A stretch of DNA of 64,000 nt. Source: Octopus vulgaris. Lineage: Eukaryota. The stretch spans positions 46,500,001-46,564,000 of the forward strand of contig OX597820.1 in NCBI GenBank assembly GCA_951406725.2, read 5' to 3'. The translations under genes and the position numbers were made by a program. Below the pieces are notes generated by a model that saw only the letters and a list, made by a program, of their open reading frames with translations, had not been told where the DNA came from and searched no databases. Below are positions 52,721-64,000 of this stretch, one piece after another (positions within the stretch are counted from its first letter, which is position 1; every line of letters starts with the position of its first letter).

Positions 52721-53389
52721 AAATGAAGTCTCTGGTACTATAATACAAACTTGCTGTTTTAAAATGACCTAAATCAAAGCTTCCATCAAGATTTCAGGTT
52801 AATATATTTCAAATACCAGCTTAATTCTTAAATTAAAAAAAAAATTAATTTAAATGAAGGCAGTGTATTTCAATAGAAATGTGGTAACAAAAAGGTTAAG
52901 AGCCATGATTGACACAGAAAGTCATGGTGACAGCACAAAGTCATAACACACAGCCTTACATATATATCATATACAATATACAACTACACACATACATGTG
53001 GCAGTGTATGACGTAACTACATTTATACACTGCATACACAAAACACCTACATACATGCAGTAGCTGCATATGAAATACAATTGCATATGTTCACAGTCGA
53101 CTACACATGCATACAGCAGTATTTAACACATACAAGTGTAGATGACATATAACAAAGTACATAGTCATGTACACAGATACAGCAGTACATAACACAGAAG
53201 TACACACATAATACAGAGTATAATAGAGTTACCCATACGCATATACAGCTGTGTATATTCTACATACATACGGCCATGTAGAACACACATCTCTGCATAC
53301 ATACAGCTTATATAATACAGCAATAACACCATGCACAACAAAGGAATGCATGATATATAACATGTAGAAGTGTGTGAAGTTCTACCTAC

Positions 53390-53533
53390 CAACATCTGTC
53401 TCATGCTGATCCGCAGGTCGGATTCATTAAATCCATATGGAATGTTCCATCCGAGATGTCCAAAGCTGCGTCGTTCTTGTACAAGGGCATGGAAAAAGCA
53501 GAGACCAAACAACAGTTTGTGCCATACTTCTGG
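53390..53533 (-). CDS. DNAH3: DNAH3-like exon
   Basis: [48 protein letters not shown]; phase 0/0. Confidence 0.9.
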
Positions 53534-54196
53534 CTGTTGGTAGCATGAAGAGAAAGAAAGAGATAGTGTGAGAGAGAGAGGTAATCATTATCATCATCAT
53601 CATCATTTAACGTTGGTTTTCCATGCTGGCATGGGTTGGACAGTTTGACAGGAATTGGCCAGCTGGAGAGCTGCGCCAGGCTCCAGTTGTCTGTTTTGGC
53701 ATGGCTTCTGCAGCAGGATACCCTTCCTAACACCATTCACTTCACAGAGTGTACTGGGTGCTGTTTATGTGACACTGGCACAGGTGCCTTCGATGGGCAC
53801 CAGCATGGTTGCTTTTTACATGGTATTAGCATAGATTTTGTTTGACATGGCACTGGTCTATGTGCCTTTTACATGTATGCGGAACTAGCATGGGTGCTTC
53901 CTACATGGCACCAGCACAAGTTCTTTTTACACGGCACCAAAATGGATGTTTTATGTGGTATGTACAGTTATTGATGGTGATGTAAGAGATGTGTGTTGAA
54001 GAGTGGTTAGATGGGTAAATAAAGGAGGAATATAAGAGAGACGAAGAAAATGCTATGTATAGTGGGAGATGACAAAGAAATGAAATAGAGAGATAGATAG
54101 ATAGAGAGAGAGAGAGTAAGAGTGTGTGTGAGAGAGAGAATAAGAGTGTGTGAGAGAGAGTGTGAGAGAGAGTAAGAATGTGTGTGAGAGAGTGTA

Positions 54197-54230
<34 letters not shown>

Positions 54231-55248
54231 AGTGTAAGAGGGTGTGTGTGAGAGAGAGAGAGAGTAGGAGTGTGGGTGAGAGAGAGAAAGAGTGTGTGAG
54301 AGAGAAAGAGAATAAGAGTGTGTGTGAGAGATGTGTGAGAGAGAGTGAGTGAGAGTGTGTATGTGTGAGAAAGAAAGAGAGAAAGAGGGAAAGAAAGAAA
54401 ATAAGAAAGGAAGGAAGGAAGGAAGAAAGAAAGAAAGAGAGAGGGAAGTGATGGAAGAGACAGGATACATTGAAGTAGGAAGGAAGATCTGAAGGAAGTG
54501 AAGGGAGATAAGTATAACATGCAATAATTTAAACCCACCATAGGTGGTGAGCTGGCAGAATTGTTACTGCACCAGGCAAAATGCTTAGCAGAATTTCGTT
54601 TGTCCTTACATTCTAAGTTCAAATAATTTTACCTTTCGTCTTTTTGGGGGTTGATAAAATAAGTACCAGTTGAGCACTGGGGTCAATGTAAACAACTTAC
54701 GCCTTTCCCTAAAGTCGTTGGCCTCCTACCAAAATTTGAAATCAATATTATAAACACACTAATACTTTAATGCATAAGCTTTACAGCAACCAATACTTTA
54801 AAGCAACGCTAGAATATTACACTAACATCAACAGTTCACCCACATTGCACCATCACATCAACAAGCACCACAAGCTTCAGCACAATAATACAATGCCAGA
54901 ACAGTATAGCAACATTATAGCAACACTGTGTGAACAAACTTCAACACTACAGCACAATATCAGATCAATAAAGTAACAAACACTGGTACAAAACAGTATT
55001 AGAACACCAGCATTACACCAGAACTATAATTGCATCTTCAACACTATATGAGGAGGTGCTGAAAAGTTCCTAGCTTTAAGGGTATTGTGAAAGACCTGGC
55101 TGGAGGTCCAACCTTCCAAGATCTTTTACAGGGCTTAGAAAAACTGAAAAACTGCTGCAATAACTCTATAAATCTGAGAGGGAAATATGTTGAATAAAAT
55201 CGTAATTTCTTTTACCCAAAGACGGGAATTTTTCAGCACCCCCTTGTA

Positions 55249-55459
55249 CAGGGTGCAGCAGAAATACCTCCCACATTTAAAAGGTTGACAAAAGGAAAAA
55301 AAAACAACATTTATGAACAATTAATTTTACTGCTGTTTAAACAAAGGGTTACAGTTTTTGTTCATTAGCTAAATGAAAATATTGTTGGCACTTGCATAAG
55401 TTCATTAGCAACACATAGCTGAAAGTTTAAAATGTGGGAGGTATTTCTGCCACACCCTG
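55249..55459. mobile_element. Tc1/mariner-type MITE
   Basis: TIRs CAGGGTG..GCAGAAATACCTCCCACATTT at both ends; TA target duplication. Confidence 0.75.
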
Positions 55460-55552
55460 TATATGCACTTTAACAACCGACACTGATTAGAAAATAGACA
55501 TTTTAATCTTAAAAGAAACTGAAAGGTCAAGTTTGTGTTTAGTTGAGTTTAC

Positions 55553-55659
55553 CTTGTTGCACCCATTAAAGAAGGTGAAGTCTGAAATGGGGTCATTCAA
55601 GAATGATCTAAGCATATTAGCCCTTAAACCTTTTGGTGGTTCATTGGTCATCTTCACAC
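55553..55659 (-). CDS. DNAH3: DNAH3-like exon
   Basis: [35 protein letters not shown]; phase 1/0. Confidence 0.9.
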
Positions 55660-56008
55660 CTGTAACGAAAACAAAACAGAGATTTGTTGAAGACATAGCA
55701 ACCAATCTATAATGGAGACTAAAGCAAGAACAGGAAAAGAGACATACTCAGTGATATGCTCAGTGAAGGAGACAAAAACAACAACAATCATAGCAGAAAA
55801 GGTGCAAGAAGGGGACAATATAATGCTGTGGCTGGATAAAGGATCTGTGAGGGTCCTCAATGAGAGCTCTCAGTGTGGATGCCAAATGAATTTCCAAAAT
55901 GAAGATCATCTGTGTGTGACAGTTCTCAGTGAATTTCCTGAGTAAGCGGCATCAGTGACAGTTTTCACTAAGAATCCTTAGTTAAAATCTTCAATCATAC
56001 TGGCAGCA

Positions 56009-56064
<56 letters not shown>

Positions 56065-56106
56065 TCTTTCTTCTCCTGTCTCTGTATCTCTCTAGAAGAA
56101 ATTGGC

Positions 56107-56144
<38 letters not shown>

Positions 56145-56173
56145 ATGAAACAGATAGATAGTGAGTGACATAC

Positions 56174-56264
56174 CATTTTGTAATATTGAAACTGGAAATT
56201 TGTCTGAAGGGTAACTAGTCAACCAAAGCCGAAATTCTTCATGAGTGTTTTCTGGTATGATTAC
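56174..56264 (-). CDS. DNAH3: DNAH3-like exon
   Basis: [31 protein letters not shown]; AG/GT, phase 0/1. Confidence 0.9.
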
Positions 56265-56942
56265 CTGTGCTCACAAAATACAAGAATAGATAGATGAGGC
56301 AATATTTAAAACATCACAAAAACAGAAACATATTTGAGTCACAAGGTAATCAGTTCAATTCCCATTAACAGATGGAGCTGTAACAAACTCTTGCTTCAGT
56401 TCTTCGGTCCTTGTCCAATTTTCTTTTTCCTTTATTTTTCATTGTTGATGTTATTGTAAGTGTTCCCCTTTAGCTCCAGGTCAACATCTGATTCATCGAG
56501 CCTTATATAAAAGAGAATTCCATCCATGACCACCATGTTTTAAGTGCCTCTAGAACTGTATTATCTAATGTGTCTTACTCTTTTTACTCTTTTTACTTGT
56601 TTCAGTCATCTGACTACAGCCATGCTGGAGCACCGCATTTAGTCGAGCAAATCGACCCCAGGACTTATTCTTTGTAAGCCTTGTACTTATTCATTCGGTC
56701 TCTTTTTGCCGAACCGTTAAGTTACGAGGACATAAACACACCAGCATCAGTTGTCAAGCAATGGTGGCAGGGGGAGTGGTAAACAAACACAGACACACAA
56801 ACACATACACACACATACATGTATATATATATCACCTTGATCACCTTGACTGACCAGTCTATCAGGCGTCCATTTGACACTGATGGCCACAGCACGCTGT
56901 CCACTCCTCTCTGGATCGCGACGGTGGAGATACGATTTCAGT

Positions 56943-57004
<62 letters not shown>

Positions 57005-57056
57005 GTATATATATATACATATATATATATGTATATATATATACATATATATATAT

Positions 57057-57349
57057 AAAAGGAAATGAAGAAAATGCTGACAAAATAATTTAAGTAATTT
57101 AATTAGGTGAAAGTTCTTTTTACCGGTTGTGCATTTGTTATGCTTATCAAAAGATATTTTTTAAGAGAGATAGAGTTCTTTCTGATAGATTTTTTCTTCC
57201 AGATAAGAGAAAAAAATCTATCAGAAAGGAACTCTATCTCTCTTAAAAATATCTTTTGATAAGCATAACAAATGCGCAACCGGTAAAAAGAACTTTCACC
57301 TAATTAAATTACTTAAATTATTTTGTCAGCATTTTCTTCATTTCCTTTT
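57057..57349. repeat. Near-perfect palindrome (about 140-bp arms, 10-nt spacer) in (TA)n, with a degenerate hammerhead-like motif in each arm
   Basis: 57057-57197 is the reverse complement of 57208-57349. Motif TTGATAA-GCAT aacaa ATGC-GCAA-CCGG-TA at 57256-57285. Confidence 0.85.
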
Positions 57350-57396
57350 TTATACATCACAACTTGTGTTCCACATCTCCTTTTTTAAATATATAT

Positions 57397-57451
<55 letters not shown>

Positions 57452-57459
57452 CATATATA

Positions 57460-57490
<31 letters not shown>

Positions 57491-57538
57491 GTATATATAT
57501 ATATATATATACATACATATATATATATACATATATAT

Positions 57539-57569
<31 letters not shown>

Positions 57570-57609
57570 CATATATATGTATATATATACATATATATAT
57601 ACATACATA

Positions 57610-57649
<40 letters not shown>

Positions 57650-57933
57650 CATATATATATATATGTGGAGGTGCAATGGCCCAATGGTTAGGGCAGCGGA
57701 CTCGCGGTCGTAGGATCGCGGTTTCGATTCCCAGACCGGGCGTTGTGAGTGTTTATTGAGCGAAAACACCTATAGCTCCACAAGGCTCCGGCAGGGGTGG
57801 GCGGCGATCCCTGCTGTACTCTTTCGCCACAACTTTCTCTTACTCTTTCTTCTGAAGGCTAAAAAAACAATGCGAAGCGCATTGTGACCAGCGATGTGTA
57901 GCAACATCTGATAGCCTGGTCGGTCACAGTGAT

Positions 57934-57968
<35 letters not shown>

Positions 57969-59481
57969 ACATATATACAATGAGCTTCTTTCAGTTTCCG
58001 TCTACCAAATCCACTCACAAGGCTTTGGTCAGCCCGAGGCTATAATAGAAAACACTTGCCCAATGGGACTGAACCTGAAACCATGTGGTTGGTAAGCAAG
58101 CTACTTACCACACAACCACTCCTGAGCCTATATTACATAAGCATTTTATAATGTTTCTTTCTTTTCTAGAAACTTGCCGTGTACCGGCAGCTGATAGCTC
58201 GTGGACCAGCACCAGTCCACAGACCACCACTTTGAGTAGCACTGCTATACAGCACATTGATCTATCCACACTCAATATCTCAGATTTATTTGGACAGTTC
58301 TTTTGTTTCAAGCTAGATGAGCTGCTGCTAAACCCTCCCAATAACTCCCTTCTGTTTCTTGGAGACTAAGTGCTATGAGTGGTCCCTCATGGTCCCTCAT
58401 AGTTTATTATGAAAGCATCACAGACGGAGACAGAGGCAGAGACAGAAGCAAAGAGAACCAACCCAGATTGATATTTTACTGATCCCCCAGTAGATTGAAA
58501 GCAAAGTTGTCCTCGATGGGATTTGAACACAGGTGGCAAACTGGCTGAATAATTTGAGCATTAAAAAGAATGCCTCACCATATTTGTTCAAATTCTCTCC
58601 ACTCTGAGTTCAAATCCTCTGGGCTCAACTTTGCCATTTCATCCTTTCAGCAACATTTGTTGGTACCAGTGCAAGGATACACCTGCTTCAGAACTCATTA
58701 ATCACAAGTAGTGAGGTAGATGAAAAAGCAAAATTTGCTATTTTTAGTTACTTATACATACCCACCCTTACTTATAGTCATGAAATTTGGAATAGTGACA
58801 TAATGAATATGACTGTAAATACAATGCAGCTGAAATGGGATTCCTCCAAAAGGTCTTTGGAATAATGTAACTCAACAAGATGCAAAGCTTGACAATCAGG
58901 AAATTGTTCTAGACTGACCCATTACTGCTCTGCACTGAGAGGCCACAGCCAAGGTATTAGGGACATGTAGTTAGAATATCTGAGGAAAGAACTTCATGAC
59001 AGATTTACCAGAAAAGGCCAACAAGAAGGAAGCCTAAGGGTAGAAAATGAAGTGAGAGTGTTGGACAATATCCATAGCCTCAGTTGGTTTTGCCTGGGGA
59101 TTCAGTTGGAATATTTGTTAATGGATGCTTCCAACAAGATCCTCTGAAAACTCTGCTCTCATCATGTCCCTCACAAGAATAGTTGGCTATAAAGGTGGAA
59201 GGATGGAAGAATGAAAGGGTGGATGGATGAATGGATGACGGATCAATTAAAAGAGTTGCAGTTGCTATTGTTTTTGTTGCTTCTTAACTCAATGCTAACT
59301 TTGATCAAAGACATTGACCATTTCTTTTTTGTTCAGGTATAATGTACAGACTAGAGTATTCAATGTGTCTTTCTTTGAGTCACTTTTTCTAGCAAATCAA
59401 GTGACCACAAAGAGGTTGCTCATTAGTTTGCATCAAAACAGTTTGTTAATGAATGCATAGTAGAAATGATATAGTACATAC

Positions 59482-59598
59482 CTCCTCACAGATCTTTTCC
59501 AGTTTTGGCATCCAGCTTGTAGCTAAATGGCAATTCTGTAATACAACCCATGATCCAACAGTTATACCTTTTAGGATCATTTTCTCAGCTATTGGACC
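59482..59598 (-). CDS. DNAH3: DNAH3-like exon
   Basis: [39 protein letters not shown]; canonical AG/GT, phase 0/0. Confidence 0.9.
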
Positions 59599-62400
59599 CT
59601 AAGAAAAAGAAAGTGTAACAGAGTTGGTAGCCATAGTTTTAGTGAGGTAAGTGGTAGAATGATAGAAATAGTAGCAGGGTTTACAACACAAGTCATAAAA
59701 CAACATTACCAGTTATCACAAACTGACAACACCAGCACACACACACACACTGGTAGCCACATTATAACAATGCCAGTCACACAACACTGCTAATCCTACA
59801 TCAATACCAGATTCACAACACCACCAATCACATAACAACACAACACTTCACACAGCAACAATGATTATGCTTCAGCAAAAACAAAACATTTAAAAAGTAA
59901 AGTCCAGATGGACGGATGCATTAGATTATTGATATTACAGTCAAGAACAGTACAGACTTGTTTATAGTATCAGAAACATAATATACTATAGAGAGTAGCC
60001 ATCAAAAGAACCTCTATGCAGTTGACCGGTCTGTTAGAAATAGCTACCAAATCTTCTTCAAATCATACTCTACTGTTTTAGAAAAATGAGTTAATTCATA
60101 TGATAATGCAAATATGGATATGCAATGTCTGAATTAAAGACAGGATATTTACAACTGCATCATTTTTCATCATGTCTGCAGTATCTGGCAACAAGATATA
60201 CTATGTACAATTTGCTCTCAATACTAGATTTTTTTTTTTAAATGATAAGAAGTCAGGTTCTACCAATTCATCAACACTGAAACCAAATCACTACCTCCCA
60301 ATTAAAGGAAGATGATAGGAAGGAATGCCTAGCTAATCTGTAAGCCATACATTACCTTCAAGAACCAGAAAAATAACTTTTTATCCAGCACATATTCTTA
60401 TGAATCAAAGAGATGCAACTTATACAAGATATACAACATTTTGATATAAGCCTTCAATAAGTTTAACAATGTAAGCCTTTCGATATGTTTTAGGGTGGCA
60501 AGATGGCAGAAATGTTAACATGCTGGGTGAAAGACTTAGCAGTATTTCTTCTGCCATTATGTTCTGAGTTCAAATTCTGCCAAGGTCGACTTTGCCTTTC
60601 ATCCTTTCAGGGTCAATTAAATAAGTACCAGTTACGCACTGGGGTCAATGTAATCGACTTAATCCCTTTGTCTGTCCTTGTTTGTTCCCTCTATGTCTAG
60701 CACCCTCATAGGCAATAAAGAAATAAATATGTTTAACAAAGAGGCTGAAATTCAGTCAATGTGTAGGTATAGGAATAAATACCTATATAAAACCATTCCA
60801 ATTACAAGCCAAGTAAGTACACCACCTGCAGAAAACATTGGCAACATAACAGTAATTTTTCTTTGCATAACACTTAGCACTATATTGCATAATGACCAAT
60901 TTTCACATAGAATTAAGTACTGTTGCCATGCACAAGTGACATAAGTCACATGACTCTGCAAACCTCAGAAGCTTACTTTATTTTTGTGTATATCCTACAG
61001 AGTATACTGGGCACATTTTATCATACCACTTGTGCAAGAGATGCTGTCTGCAGCTGAGGTATAAAGAGACCTTTCTACTTTACATCAGTTCTTAATCACA
61101 GATATAACCCTTCTGGACAGACAACCTGCACTGCAGCTTACAGAGTTTACATTTCACCTATGTATTCAACATTCCAATCTAGATTTGAGAAGGCAAGCTG
61201 GCAGAATTGTTAGCACATTGACCCCTGTGTTCAACTGGTACTATTTTATAGATCCCAAAAGGACAAAAGTACAGTTGACCTAGGTGGAATTTGAACTGAA
61301 AATGTAAAGACCATTTATATATATATATATATATATATGCTGAGACCCCCTTTGGTCATGAATGACCATGGGATTGCACCTAGAAAGTTACCCTCCCAGG
61401 CACAAGTCTGGGCAAGGTTATTTATGGAAAACCAGCAGTCGCCCATGCATACCGGCCTCCCCTCTCCATGCCACCAGTGTTATCCATGGGAAAGGCAAAG
61501 GCCCATACAGCTTGGCACCTGTGACGTCACGACTCATTTCTACAGCTGAGTGAACTGGAGCAGCGTGAAATAAAGTGCCTTGCTCAAGAACACAACATGC
61601 AGCCCGGTCCGGTATCGTAAGCATTAGTATATTATTTTAGCATTAATATATCATTGTATTAGGCAAAATCTGTCATTTAACACTTTGCCCTGCTTCCCTC
61701 GAAATTGCCGGCCTTGTGCCAATATTGGTAACCAATATTTCAGTCTAGATTCAACAAATGGATGCCTTTACTATCACTTTACAGCATGCACTAGGTGCAT
61801 TCTATCATTCTTTGAAATATAGCCTGAATATGACCAAAGACCCGCTCTATATCTACCAGTTATTATTCTGAGTCACTGCCCCACTCAATAGGCAACCTGC
61901 TATGTAACTTGAGGGGTCCTCATTTCTTCCTACTACTAACCAGAACATGAACTAGGTGCAATTCTTTTACTCTGAGGAGTATAAAATAATCTTTCTAGCA
62001 CATTTTTATTTGGATTACATACATTTTATTTAGATTATAAACAATTGTATATAATAATTCTAATTGCATCAAAATAGAATGAAAACAAAGAGAGGGAAAA
62101 TATCTATCAGAATATTCTCTATTGGAGTTTACAATTATCGTCATTTGCATCTGCTTTTCATACTTGCATGGGTTGCATTGTTCACGATAGTCCAGATCAG
62201 CTCTTATTTGGAATTACAGCACTCCTAGACAAGTCAAAGGACTATACTTTGCTCATACATTACATTTATGAATGAGAGATTAAAATTTCTTGATAAGTTT
62301 ACAGAGAGGCCAAATACACAATTATACATTTCAGTAAACAATCACTGTAACAATGTTTACAGACAGATACTGATGATCGTAAGGAGGTATTAACACTTAC

Positions 62401-62759
62401 CTGACCTTGTCCAAGGGATATAGTCTGTATCTTTTGTGTGAAACCTTTGTCTTCACCAAACTTGAGCAGTGCAGCCATAGGGTCAGCACCAGGGGATAGG
62501 ACAAATATGAGAGGGGCACAGCAGTTTGAATCACCAAAAGAACCTTCAAGATCAAAAGTTGGGGGATCAATGTAAGCAGGGCCGAGGTTGTTGATAATGA
62601 ATTCTTGCACTTTTGGTATCATTTTGTCAGGGCGCAAACATCGCAGGATGATCATGCATTCCATCTCAGTACACGCGTTAAATTGAGCAGGCACTGGCAA
62701 AGTATGTGGAGATGAATGATCATATATTTCCTTCCACAGATTTGGGTCATTTTGGACAC
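62401..62759 (-). CDS. DNAH3: Axonemal inner-arm dynein heavy chain (DNAH3-like) exon, start of AAA6 region; the gene continues beyond the window
   Basis: RCLRPDK...PPTFDL...PLIFVLSPGADPM...ISLGQGQ, flanked by ag| and |gtaagt. Orthologue call is from recalled C-terminal similarity (DNAH3 over DNAH7/12) and needs phylogeny. Confidence 0.85.
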
Positions 62760-63648
62760 CTAAACAAATATATACATATAAATACTCATGTTTAGAGTTA
62801 CTAATGACAAAAAAGGTACTCAATATACATAATAAGGAATGAAAACAAGAGGCGGAATGTATTTACTTGTATAAAGTTGATGATCCACTCCCTAGCTATA
62901 CATGATATACTCATTCAATCTTTAAAAGGATGACTACTGAAAAGTAAGATGGTAGAAATGTTACTGATTCATGGATCTCTTTGGTTTGTATAAGTCATGT
63001 GTTGAGCTTCAGTGTCTGATGGTTATTGGTGGAAGTCAAGGGAGGCAGGTTAATATTATTCAATTAGTCCAACAGCCATAGTGGAGATTACTTTTGTGTA
63101 ATAGTGTTTGTGATTGAAAAACATTTTGCAACTGAATTTTTTTTTTTTTTCTTTTTAACCAAATCAATTCCTTCCAAAATCTCAATGATCACCTGACCTG
63201 AATCATCTCAAACAATCATCTTATATCCATATATCAGCAGACAAGTCAGAAACATAATTTATATAATCTACACATCAAATGACACAACAAACTTCTCTGT
63301 AAGACAACATCACTAAAACACACAAGAAAATAAACCTTAATATCTTTATTAAGGCACAGGCATGGCCGTGTGGGTAAGAAGCTCATTGTGCAACTGCATG
63401 GTTTTGGGTTCAATCTCATTGTGAAACACCTTGGGCAAATGTATTCTACTATAGCCCCAGGTCAATCAATTCCTTGTGAGTAAATTTAGTACATGGAAAC
63501 TGTGTTGAAATCCACTTGTGTGTGTGTTTTGTGTGTGTGTGTGTGTGTTTATAACCCACCACTGCTTGACAACTGGCATTGGTTTGTTTACATTCCCCAT
63601 AATTTAGCCAAATGGTAAAAGAGACTGATAGAATAAGTACCAGACACG

Positions 63649-63885
63649 GTACCAGGCAGCGAGCTGGCAGAAATGTTAGCACACTGGGCAAAATGCTTAG
63701 CGGTATTTCGTCTGCTGCTATGTTCTGAGTTCAAATTCTGCCGAGGTCAACTTTGTCTTTCATCCTTTCAGGGTCGATTAAATAAGTACCAGTTATGCAC
63801 TGGGATCGATATAATCAACTTAATCCGTTTGTTTGTTCTTGTTTGACCCCTCTGTGTGTAGCCCCTTGTGGATAGTAAAGAAATA
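63649..63885 (+). mobile_element. SINE family C nested in a family B SINE (other copies 49555-49780 -, 60495-60725 +, several at 33880-34640)
   Basis: gagctggcagaa...gagttcaaattc head; 19-bp TSD AGAATAAGTACCAGACACG at 63630-63648 and 63886-63904. Confidence 0.8.
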
Positions 63886-64000
63886 AGAATAAGTACCAGA
63901 CACGAAAATAAGTACTAGGGTAGATTTGTTTGACTAAACCCTTCAAGGTGGTGCCGCAGCATGGCTGAACCAAGTAAAAGACAAAAGATTGAATATGGAG

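Overview
AT-rich, microsatellite- and SINE-dense animal genomic DNA. The repeat landscape suggests an octopod cephalopod, but that is inference only. Two spliced genes lie tail to tail. On + is a complete 3-exon core-2/I-branching beta-1,6-GlcNAc-transferase (GCNT family, 6958-24651, 438 aa). On - are the last 13 coding exons of an inner-arm axonemal dynein heavy chain (DNAH3-like, 62759-35126), whose final intron has U12-type (minor spliceosome) signals. A young, near-intact CsRn1-clade Ty3/Gypsy LTR retrotransposon sits antisense in GCNT intron 2. Other repeats include a head-to-tail Helitron array, CR1, RTE, Penelope, mariner and Merlin relics, MITEs and several SINE families. The most unusual signal is a small non-coding repeat family (363-nt monomer, arranged as partial tandem plus inverted copies). 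It carries a minimal type I hammerhead ribozyme with a U3:A8 variant core and a palindromic stem III, and its stems covary between two diverged loci. This is a candidate retrozyme or Penelope pLTR system. Further hammerhead-like motifs and a Penelope GIY-YIG fragment occur nearby. All structure and homology calls were made by eye; no searches were run.
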